64,000 bases of DNA from Octopus sinensis (Eukaryota), in assembly GCF_006345805.1 (NCBI RefSeq), contig NC_042997.1:114018001-114082000 (forward strand), read 5' to 3'. A program made the translations under genes and the position numbers. The notes below the pieces were generated by a model, which saw nothing but the letters and a program-made list of their open reading frames with translations, was not told the DNA's origin and searched no databases. Positions 24,101 to 33,634 of this stretch are shown here, one piece after another. Each line of letters starts with the position of its first letter. Position 1 is the stretch's first letter.

Positions 24101-26427
24101 CTGTTCAACTAAACCCTTCAAGGCAGTGCTCCAGCATGATCACAGCCCAGTGAGTGATAGGCATATATTACAAGTCAGAATGTAGAATGTTGGGTTTGTC
24201 CCTGCCCCACGGATTGTAAAAATTGAAGGGTGCTCATGGGGCTTGAACTCATCTTCTGTAACCATGACAGATGTTCTACCATTATACCAAAGTAGTCCTT
24301 TAGATTTTCTCCATTTGTTTTAGAAGCTTTGTTCCTTACCAGCAAGAATTGAGAAACTTTGAGAGATTGTGCAATAATTCATTTTTCACCATGAAACTTG
24401 AAGAAGCTTTATCTGATTTGAGCTCCACCATTAGAATAGACTAGCAGAATTGCCCGGCGTTGCTCGGGGCTGAATTGCTTGAAAGTACTGTTAATGATTG
24501 CACTGAATTATGATGATTATTCAGGCAAATATTGAAATAAGCTTACGGTGGGAGATAAGGACTTAACGCCAAACGTGTGCCATTGCATTGTTTTGGGGGA
24601 ACCAAATTTCTGATGAGCATTATAGGGGCACTAACTTTAAGTTTGAGAAAGTGTGGTGGTAGTCCGGGGTGCTCAAAGGAATTGAGTACCTCTATTGGAT
24701 AGTTGATGACGTCCTCTGGGTCAGGAGTTGTATCGATAGACTGATATACATCGACTTCCCCAGGAATGAGTTTTAGCATTTCATCATTAATATGGTGAAC
24801 AGTTTTATTCCTCGGGGCCAGTATAGCCTTTTTGCCAATCCAATCCATATTCTGATAATTAGCTTGTAAATCTGGGAACACTGCATCTCTGAGATCAGAA
24901 AGCGTCTTAACAATGGTACAAATGGAATCGATGGCAATATTACCATTTTCATCCCCTGGTATTTTGCCTTCGCCAAGTGCAAGGAGGATGTGAGGAAATG
25001 CTGGTGATGTGATATTACGTCGCATATGAGCACGCATATTGGTGTGAAGTTTGAGAGTTACTTCCGTTTATTTTAAAAAATATGCATTAAAATCGAAAAA
25101 AATGATGGTAAATTATTTGTAAAATCATAGACTCATCGTAGACGCGCGCTAATACCCAGAAGGGCTCGATATGAATCACGACTATAAACTATAAACTGCA
25201 TCGCAAAATGTGGGAGTAGTTAGGAATCTAAATCGGAGTAGACAGACACACAACCTTTCTTTTATATATAAATACATACATACACACACACATACATACA
25301 CACACACACACACATACATGCATACATACATATACACATAAACCGAGTAAAAAATTTCAGTTATCTCTCTCTTTCACACATTACTCTCTCTGTCTCTTCA
25401 CACACACTAACAGAAGCACTTCACTTACACAACATACTGTCTGTCTCCCACACTCCATCAAACACACACACACACACACATGTACATCAATGAGTCCCAT
25501 GCACGGTAACTTCAAAGGAACTTCCCTCGTCATACAATCGCTTTCTCTTAGTCTCTTTCGCTCTCATTACTTATGTAAAAAAATAAAAGTTTTTTCTATG
25601 TGTGTAAAGAGGAAGTGGGAGGCAGAGTGAAAGAATCACTCACTACAGTAAGTGAATTACTTTCATTTTATTCCTTGCCCACTGTGTGTGTGCGTTTGCG
25701 TGTGGTGTAAACCAGACTAAGAAAAGCATTTGACACACACACCAGAATGTGAGTTTTCTGTAAATTTTGCTTAATTGGAGTTTAAATTTTAAAAACTGGA
25801 CCTGGCATGACGCGATGCATTGTACTCTTAAAACTGCTAGGTAAATTGTAATTGAAGAAATCCTATATTGTAGATTTGTATAACTCCCAAAGGGAGGCAG
25901 ATAAAATCTGCCTTTTATAATAAGAGATATATTTCATGTCTTGGAGTTTTTTTTAATTCTTATGCCATAAACAACAAATCAATATATTTTAGTTTTGATT
26001 TGAAAATGTATTTCAAAAATCTGAAAATGTATATTTATTTTTTAACATTTTTTTCATTAATTTTCTTTTCAAGGATCTGAAACTCATTTCAAAGTTATGG
26101 TTGTGTCACATGACTTTAATGGTATTGGTCTGGTTCAGGTCAGTCTAAATCCCTCTATTTTTTGTATGTGTGAGTGTGTGTGTGTGTGTGTGTGCAGGAG
26201 TGCTTGTGTATAAGACTATGTGAATGTGTGATGTGTATGTTGGTGTGGTTGAGAAGCTTGTTTTCCAAACGTATGGTCTTGGGTTCAGTCTCACTGTACA
26301 ACACCTCAGGCAAATGTTATCTCCTATAGCCAGGGTCAATCAAAGCCTTGCATGTGTATTTGGTTGAAGGAAGCTAAAGGAAGGTCATTGTGTGTGTGTC
26401 TGTGTGTGTCTGTGTGTGTGTGTGTGT

Positions 26428-26475
<48 letters not shown>

Positions 26476-27894
26476 ATTGGTGAATTGAAGAAATGGAGCT
26501 GAACGCAGATTGAACAGAAATCGTTTTATTTCATTCTACACGTGTTTCGAAAGGCACAAATTACCAAAATCCGATTGAATAATGGGACCATATTGTGTCT
26601 TTCTCTTCAGGAAGAAAAAAGGAAATCCGTTGGAAAAACAAAAACAGAACAGAGGCAGAGCAAAAAACAAATCGAACTGTGCTCCTAAGAGCCCATGGCG
26701 AAACTGTTTATCAGTGTATGTTGAGAACCGGTGGCTGAAGAATTCAACAGGTCAGGCATCGGTCAAACATGTGGGTGAGGGTGTATAGATGTTCTTTGTG
26801 ACCGAGAATAAAGTTCTGACTATTTAAAGAATATTGGATGTTTTTATAAGGGGCGAGAAAAAATCTACTTAGAGACGTGTGTGTGTGTATACTGTTCTAT
26901 ATTGTGTGTGTTGGCGTAGGGGTAGAAAACATTTTTTTGTACGTGTGTGCGTTTGATCGTTCGGCTGTCAGTGGCTACTGCCGTGATAACCGTTGGGTGG
27001 CAGAAAGAAAAAAATAAAGAAATTATATAATATATTTTATGTTTTATGTGTGTGTGTGTGTGTTCATCTAAGCCTACCTTGACAAGGAAACCCCCCGCTG
27101 TGAAAAAACAAGCCCCGAGCGGGGGGTTCCTTGTCAAGGTAGGCTTAGATGAACACACACACACACACATAAAACATAAAATATATATATATAATTCTTT
27201 ATTTTTTTTCTTTCTGCCACCCAACGGTTATCACGGCAGTAGCCACTGACAGCCGAACGATCAAACGCACACACGTACACAAAAAATGTTTTCTACCCCT
27301 ACGCCAACACACACATATATAGAACAGTATACACACACACACGTCTCTAAGTAGATTTTTTCTCGCCCCTTATAAAACATCCAATATTCTTTAAATAGTC
27401 AGAACTTTATTCTCGGTCACAAAGAACATCTATACACCTCACCCACATGTTGACCGATGCCTGACCTGTTGAATTCTTCAGCCACCGGTTCTCAACATAC
27501 ACTGATAAACAGTTTCGCCATGGGCTCTTAGGAGCACAGTTCGATTTGTTTTTTGCTCTGCCTCTGTTCTGTTTTTGTTTTTCCAACGGATTTCCTTTTT
27601 TCTTCCTGAAGAGAAAGACACAATATGGTCCCATTATTCAATCGGATTTTGGTAATTTGTGCCTTTCGAAACACGTGTAGAATGAAATAAAACGATTTCT
27701 GTTCAATCTGCGTTCAGCTCCATTTCTTCAATTCACCAATAATGTTTTAATTTCAATTATCCGCACCAACGCACGGTTGCAACGCCAGATGGTGTACCTC
27801 CAACCGTGCTGTTCACTGCTGTGATTTTTGCTACTAAGGTATCGGTTAAACTTTTGATTAATCTACTACAAGATTATTCATCTTTCTATTTCAC

Positions 27895-27932
<38 letters not shown>

Positions 27933-30900
27933 TATATGCATGTATGTATAATTTAATTGTATCAAGGACCTATAATCCTTTAAGGGATGCTAGCATCCTA
28001 TCCTCCAGTTTATACCAGTGTTCAGTAAAAACTAAATAAATTAGTTTTGCATTGATATATAAAGGTATGTAAAACATTTATGAATGAGAAATAGAAGATA
28101 ATGGAGAAATATTACATACAGATATTGGCACCTTGTTTACAATCCTGTAAATAATAATAATGGTATTTTTATACAAGCTTAAAGCAATGACTAAGGAAAA
28201 TAGTCTAATAATGGGGCATATAAGCCCTCGACAGAAAAAAGAATCTGTGAAAGCCTTCCTTTTTCTGTCGAGGGCTTATACGCCCTGTTATTAGACTATT
28301 TTCCTTCGTCATTGCACTGTGATCACCATAAGCTTTAAGCTTATATAAAAATACCATTATTATTATTTACACAATTGTAAACATCTACCAAATCCACTCA
28401 CAGGGCTTTGGCCAGCCTGAGACTATAACAGAAGACACTTGCCCAAGGTGCCACACAATCGGGAAGTATGTACTTAACCACACAGCCATGCCTGTAACTA
28501 GTAACACTCTACCTTTACTGTTAATTACTCATTGATATTGTTTATTCTGTTTGTAGAGACATCGGAAAATTAACCAGTGTTTGTCAGAAGAACTGGAAGG
28601 TGGAGTCCATGCCCTCTCTATAACTGTAAGCAGACTGTTTCATAATTTTTTGTTGGCAACCTAGAAAAATGTCTCTTGTTTAGTTGCATACAGTATCAAG
28701 TATGTCAACAAGTGAAATTTCTGATCAGAATTTCCAACATCTAAGTAATGTAAAGTAGGTAAGACTGCAATTTATCAACCACGAAGGTGGTTAGCAGAAT
28801 GAAGTTGTAAATTAAAGAATAGTTAAAAGGCATTTCTGTTTTAGGGATGTCATTAAACAGTCTTGCTCATAAAGGCTGGTACTGGCAAAACAGGCTTGTA
28901 GATCAGCAGAGAGCAGGTGCTAAGTAGGATATTTTACATTATCAAAATATATTTGAAGATAGTTTCTAAAAGAAAACATATTCTATGTCATGTTGTTTAA
29001 TACTCTAAAGGAGTGACATGATTAATAAATTCCAGTGTTACTTATTCATTTACTTAATTCCACTTGATTAAAGTGCTCTGAATAATGCAGATCTAATAGT
29101 ATATTAGCTTTAATTAAGGGAGATCCAGCCAATTATATTTCACAGAAAATAACTTAAGGAAAACTGCAGAGAACAGTGCAAGTTTCTGTGAAATTTCAGG
29201 GGAGAGAGAAAAGCAGGAGAAGAAGGAAAAGAAAAAAAGTTTACACAGAGAGACAGCTATAACCACAGTGTCAGCAATCTTAACTTATGAATATTTAAAT
29301 AAAAACAGAATAGGATAAATCTAATAGAGAAAGAAATCAACACATTGACGGGAAAATAGCATTGGCATAGAAAAATAAATGTGTATACTAGACTAATGAA
29401 GGTAGTTTAGGCAATCAGTGTCAGCATAAAGATATAAATTTATGTAAGTTAAATATCAAAATTTAGAGAGATTAATCATATAACTGTTATGAAGATATGC
29501 ATTGAAAGGCTAGAATTAATAGAGAAGGAAAACAGAACTAGTATTGCCAATAAAAAAAAAAACAGGAAAACCATGAATTCCAACCTTTCTATTAATGAGT
29601 ATTGTAACATTATTATTGAGAATAAAGCAGATCAATTCAAATCAATAGGTTAACCAGACAGGTCAGATCGCTTCTATAATAATTTGAAATTAAGGGGAGT
29701 GTTAAGAAAATGTTAAAAGAACTTAAAAGAATTACATAAAAAATATTACAAATGTCATAAAAAGTTAGAATTGTTAAAAGAATTTGTAAGATCATAACGA
29801 ATTATATAGAATTATAATGACTATATCTAGGGAGGATGAAACAAAAAGTTAGAAGCAAACTGAATAAAGTTATTAAATTATGAATTACACTCTCGGAGTG
29901 GTTGGCGTTAGGAAGGGCATCCAGCTGTAGAAACACTGCCAGATCTGACTGGCCTGGTGCAGCCTTCGGGCTTGCCAGACCCCAGTTGAACCGTCCAACC
30001 CATGCTAGCATGGAAAGCGGACGTTAAACGATGTTGATGATGATGATGATGATGATAGAATTACAATCATAAGTATATGTTGTTAGAAATAAGAGTACAC
30101 AAAAATGTAACTTAAATATAATCAGTTATTAAGTATTAGCAGTATTAAGATATGCTAGGCTGTGCAAATATAATCCATGAATCTTTTTATTAGTAATTAA
30201 AGTATATTGTAAAGTTATAGATATGTATCTAGCACTTGGGGAAGATTTTGTAGAAACAATTCAAAGTATAAGAAAGTTAGAGTAAAAATTGTTTGCCAAC
30301 ATAACATGGCAGTCCTGGTTTAGGATGAATGTTGCTGTAATTTAACCCCAGGAGACATCGTCTCCAGCTGGTTATACAACATGATCTGTGTCCTTATATT
30401 TTCGAACAAGGGAACCTAGAACCCCCACTCAGTTAGATTCCCTTGTTCAAAAATATAAGGACACAGATCGTGTCATATAGCCAGCTGGAGACGATGTCTC
30501 CTGGGGCTAATTTACAGCAACATTTGTCTTGAACCAGGACTGCCATGTTATGTTGGCAAAAAATCTTTACTCCAAAGTACTGTTGCTGAATATCTCTCGT
30601 TGTGAGATTTACAAATAGTAATTTTCAATATAAGAAAGTTTTACAGATAGAATATAGGCATTTGATCCTTAATTCATCTGATGTATTAATAACAATGTTT
30701 TAAGGTTTCCAATAATTCCAAATAGCAGAAACTGAAACCATACAATAGGCTTCTTTCAGTTTCCATTGATCAAATCTACTTAGAAAGGGCATCCTGGTGT
30801 TAGGAAGGGCATCCAGGTGTAGAAACTCTGTCAGATCAGATTGGAGCCTGGTGCAGCCATCTGGTTCACCAGACCTCAGTCAAATCGTCCAACCCATGCT

Positions 30901-32688
30901 AGCATGGAAAGCGGATGTTAAACGATGATGATGTTGATGACTCACAAGGCTTTGAGTGTGAGGGTGCTATGCAGTGGGACTGAACTAGGAACCATGTTGT
31001 TGGAAGGAACTTCTTACCGCAAAGCCATTCTTGCATCTATAGCTACATCTACATTCCTTCACAATAAGCTTTCATACAGTTTTCCTCAATCTATTGTATT
31101 CACAAGGCTTTGGTCAGCCTATGACCATAGGAAAAAGACATTTGTCAATGGTTCCACACGTGCGGTGTTCATATTTCAGTATCCTGTAATATTACACTTC
31201 ATTCACAAACATCATACACTCTACCTTCAAAGTGAGAGACTCTTTCCTGCCAGTAGAGTTAATAGCTCTGGCCTCTGTGATTTAAGGACAGTTAAAATGT
31301 AATTGAGGTTGTATAAGTAACAAGAGATGTCAACCAGTTCTGTGGAATCCTACCAGGCATTTAAAGAATGCTTTCCATGGGTGCTATTATTGGTAAATAC
31401 TCTTGTACATCTACTACATACAAAATTTTTTTCTCTCAAACTGCCTGTGATCCCACCATACATATGTATATATCTATGTGTGTGTGTAGATATATATATA
31501 TATATATATATGTTAATTAATCAATTTAGGGTAGTAAAAAATTCGATAGGGTAGTAAAAAATTCGCCATTACTTGGCGGTTGGAGTTATGGCTGCTCTGT
31601 CTAGTGGACGAATGGCCTGTTAAGGCCATTCCTAAATTGTTATATACATATATATATACTTTAAATTTGATTCCTGGTAAACTCATGTTTATCTTTGTCA
31701 TTACCTGTAACCTATGAACATAGTATGCTTACATATGTATGTCCAGGGTTAACATAGGTTATTATACCAGTAGCAAAACTGATACTTTTATCCCTTGGAC
31801 AGTTATTCCAACCTCTAAACTGTACTAACCTATATATGTGTCGCATTACTGGCACTTGTGCAGGTGGCACGCGAAAAAACATTCAAGCGAGGTCGTTTCC
31901 AGTGCTGCTGGACTGGCTCCTGTGCAGGTGGCACATAAGAAGCACCATTTGAGCGTGGCCGTTGCCAGTACCGCCTGACTGGCACTCATGCTGGTGGCAC
32001 ATAAAAGCACCCACTACGCTCTCGGAGTGGTTGCTATTAGGAAGGGCATCCAGCTGTAGAAACATTGCCAGATCAGATTGGAACCTGGTGCAGCCATCTG
32101 GTTCGCCAGACCGCAGTCAAATCGTCCAACCCATGCTAGCATGGAAAACAGATGTTAAACGATGATGATGATGATGATGATATAATCATCATTTAACATC
32201 CATATTACTTGCTGACATAGGTTGGACAGCTTGTCAGGATCTGATAGGTCCAAGAACTGCAGCTGGTTCCAGTCATCTATTTTGGCCTGATTTCTACAGC
32301 TGGATGCCCTTCCTAATGCCAACCACTTTACATCATGTACTGGGAGCCTTTTTTCATACTACCAGCATTGTTGAGGTGGCCATGCAGCTCACAATACTAT
32401 GAACCCTGAAGAAACTGTAGGTCAGTTTTATGCTTGCAGGTGAGGGGTTAAAATATGAGAGAAGGGTGTGGGATAGAGTAGGCTGTTGTAGAGGAGCTGT
32501 ATGGGTAATATGTTCGTGTGTGTGTGTTCCATTTCTCTGTTATTATGTATTCTGTTGAAATACACTTCTTTCTCTTTTTTTTAAAAATATATTTTTGATC
32601 CTAGGCTCATACTTCTGAAGAATGGATTAAGAAGAATGGTACTTTTAACAAATCTCCACCTTGCATGGGTGGTGATGCAAGCAGGTAA
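9503..32688 (+). CDS. BOLA1: BolA-like protein 1 (mitochondrial Fe-S/glutaredoxin partner), 7 coding exons: 9503-9518, 13536-13600, 15733-15774, 17266-17317, 26074-26138, 28557-28625, 32605-32688
   Basis: The exons join in frame (16+65+42+52+65+69+84 = 393 nt) across six GT..AG introns. The product is MSFLSGVLRSCQPIRFYAAKQHQKLAPVESKILEKLEKYFKPQHLQVVNESYMHNVPKGSETHFKVMVVSHDFNGIGLVQRHRKINQCLSEELEGGVHALSITAHTSEEWIKKNGTFNKSPPCMGGDASR*. It carries the BolA1-type motifs NES..H.VP.GSETHFKV, QRHR, VHALSI and SPPC.GG, plus a basic N-terminal presequence-like segment. Confidence 0.93.
12067..12607 (-). mobile_element. hAT-family internally deleted DNA transposon
   Basis: TIRs CAGGGGTCACCAAAC / GTTTGGTGACTCCTG; 8-bp flanks AATTAGGG / AGCTAGGG (6/8). 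The minus-strand remnant KNVKSAHQTRFTDEHLKAIL resembles the hAT C-terminal dimerisation region. Confidence 0.8.
13536..13600 (+). CDS. BOLA1: BOLA1 coding exon 2 (GVLRSCQPIRFYAAKQHQKLAP)
   Basis: ttgatttctag| acceptor and |gtaagt donor; resembles a mitochondrial targeting peptide; in frame with exon 3. Confidence 0.82.
15733..15774 (+). CDS. BOLA1: BOLA1 coding exon 3 (VESKILEKLEKYFK)
   Basis: cttttattttag| acceptor and AAG|gtttgt donor; matches BolA helix 1 (PVE..I..KL). Confidence 0.88.
15850..16213. mobile_element. Hairpin element, copy 1 (palindrome 15850-16157 plus shared ~55-bp tail)
   Basis: GAGTAAAGATTATTTGCCAACATAACAT ... ATGTTATGTTGGCAAATAATCTTTACTC. A homologous copy lies at 30280. 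Confidence 0.75.
17266..17317 (+). CDS. BOLA1: BOLA1 coding exon 4 (PQHLQVVNESYMHNVPK-G)
   Basis: ttgctttctag| acceptor and AAG|gtaaat donor; conserved NES..H.VP motif. Confidence 0.93.
18173..18365. repeat. ~190-bp palindrome
   Basis: AAGAGATAAGATGAAATACACAGAAGATTTG ... CAAATCTTCTGTGTATTTCATCTTATCTCTT. Confidence 0.8.
18553..18852. repeat. ~300-bp palindrome / MITE
   Basis: TTCTTTATTTGTGAATTAAGGCTACCATTGGTTTCATGTTAAGA ... TCTTAACATGAAACCAATGGTAGCTTTAATTCACAAATAAAGAA. Confidence 0.8.
20095..20480 (+). mobile_element. tRNA-derived SINE (third family), full-length representative
   Basis: Head GGAGTGGCTGTGTGGTAAG ... GGTTCAGTCC, internal (TA/TG)n, 3' end GGCGGTGCTCCAGCATGGCCACAGTC..TGAC.GAAACAAGTAAAAGAGT. 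Minus-strand copies at ~18862-19250, ~42740-43080 and ~60120-60530. Confidence 0.85.
22042..22883. mobile_element. TIR element (MITE) with nested SINE copies
   Basis: TTTTGGTTATCTCACCCCATTAAAA at the left end is mirrored by TTTTAATGGGGGTGAGATAACCAAAA at the right. SINE sequence occupies ~22360-22762. Confidence 0.55.
24441..25272 (-). mobile_element. Non-autonomous Helitron carrying a PIF1-helicase fragment (ORF 24543-25037)
   Basis: On minus, the 5' end is A|TTTATATATAAAAG (TC start mutated to TT). The 3' end has a CCCGAGCAACGCCGGG hairpin (24453-24468) then CTAG|T, consistent with insertion between A and T. The ORF has Helitron PIF1 motifs AILAPRN, YPIEVLNS, GLPPH.LKLKVSAPIMLIRNL and CNGTRL. 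Confidence 0.9.
26074..26138 (+). CDS. BOLA1: BOLA1 coding exon 5 (GSETHFKVMVVSHDFNGIGLVQ)
   Basis: ttttcttttcaag| acceptor and CAG|gtcagt donor; GSETHFKV signature. Confidence 0.94.
26524..26620 (-). ncRNA. Type I hammerhead ribozyme motif (mirror copy, antisense to BOLA1)
   Basis: Reverse complement of the 27596-27692 motif: TCTTCAG at 26604-26610, TTTC at 26545-26548, TAC (GUA) at 26537-26539. Confidence 0.78.
27596..27692 (+). ncRNA. Type I hammerhead ribozyme motif (sense to the BOLA1 pre-mRNA)
   Basis: Core CUGAAGA at 27606-27612. Stem II GAAAGaCACAA (27613-27623) pairs with UUGUGcCUUUC (27657-27667) at 10 of 11 positions. GAAA at 27668-27671. Stem III AC-ACGU-GU is a perfect palindrome (ACACGUGU). 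GUA cleavage triplet at 27677-27679. Stem I UUUUUUCUUC pairs imperfectly with GAAUGAAAUA. Activity untested. Confidence 0.78.
28134..28383. repeat. ~250-bp palindrome / MITE ~170 nt upstream of BOLA1 exon 6
   Basis: TGTTTACAAT..AATAATAATAATGGTATTTTTATA ... TATAAAAATACCATTATTATTATT..ATTGTAAACA, with an inner AAGCCCTCGACAGAAAA / TTTTCTGTCGAGGGCTT pair. Confidence 0.8.
28557..28625 (+). CDS. BOLA1: BOLA1 coding exon 6 (RHRKINQCLSEELEGGVHALSIT)
   Basis: tctgtttgtag| acceptor and |gtaagc donor; RHR and VHALSI signatures. Confidence 0.94.
30280..30628. mobile_element. Hairpin element, copy 2 (palindrome 30280-30572 plus the same tail)
   Basis: Same termini and the same downstream CAAAGTA.TGTTGCTGAATATCTCTC tail as the 15850 copy, with a different internal deletion. 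Confidence 0.75.
32605..32688 (+). CDS. BOLA1: BOLA1 coding exon 7 (AHTSEEWIKKNGTFNKSPPCMGGDASR*)
   Basis: tttttgatcctag| acceptor; A.T..EW and SPPC.GG motifs typical of the BolA1 C-terminus; TAA at 32686-32688. Confidence 0.92.
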   Translation, partial: AHTSEEWIKKNGTFNKSPPCMGGDASR

Positions 32689-33634
32689 TGATTTCTTCCT
32701 TAATACCGAACCTCAACAAATGTTAAGACTTTATGTAAATGTTGACCTACATCATATTGTTGGTATGTAGAAAATATGTTTGTTGGAAATGTCATCTATT
32801 TTAGCAACAAACAGACTTAATTTCCTCAAAGTAAACTAAATTCCATGAATCCCCCTAAATGATTCATTCTATAAAACAGTTTCACATCATCTCCATGCTG
32901 CAAAACCTCATTTCATTGTTAAGGTACCTCCCCACTCCTGCTCCAGCTGGTGTTATCCTTTTTCTTGTTTTAGTCACTAGACTACAGCCATGCTGGAGCA
33001 CTACCTTGAGGAATTTTAGTCGAACAAATCAATCCCAGTACATATTCTTTATTTAAGCCTGGTACTTAACCAACACATTAAACAAACTATTGACTTTTTA
33101 GTTGGTCAAATATTTAACCAATTGACTAAAAATAAAGAACTGATGTTGAACCAGTGCATGTATTTATTATTATTATTGGTTTAATGACCCTCCCAAAACA
33201 ACAACATTTATTTCAACATATGAATTCATACCAAGAATCTTGCCAACCAAGTACAAAAAGGAAGAAAGACCAAACAACCATTTCTTGTTCTTGTTGTATC
33301 GAGATCATCTTGGGATGATACAGTACTGGTAATATATAACTGAGGAAATCCTGTCTGCAGGAGTGAGATTTTTAAATAAAATTTTGAAATATTGATGTTC
33401 TGAGTTTTCTTTTTCTTTTAATCTGTGTTATTAGTTGTATCATTATCATTGTTTTAAGGTCCTTTTTTCCCGTGCTAGCAAAGGTCAGACAGAATATGTT
33501 GAAGCAGATTTTCTACAGCCAAATACCCTTCCTGTCGCCAACCTTCACCAGAATCCAAGCAAAGTAATATTTCCACAGAACCCGACATGTTTTTCACAGA
33601 AAACTGGAAACAAACAATGTCACTTGTGTGACAG

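Larger units (their letters stand above)
26467..27897. mobile_element. Palindromic non-coding element, probable inverted pseudo-LTR of a Penelope-like retroelement
   Basis: Arms 26467-27099 and 27118-27749 are near-identical reverse complements around an 18-nt spacer. A ~150-bp one-sided extension runs to ~27897. The whole is embedded between (TA)n tracts. There is a hammerhead plus AATAAA near the outer end of each arm. The Penelope assignment is an inference from architecture. Confidence 0.65.

Noticed and set aside
26582-26788. Mirror ORFs in the palindrome arms (also 27407-27634, 26865-27249)
   Set aside because: Short, no RT or GIY-YIG motifs, and they differ by frameshifting indels between arms; the element appears non-coding.
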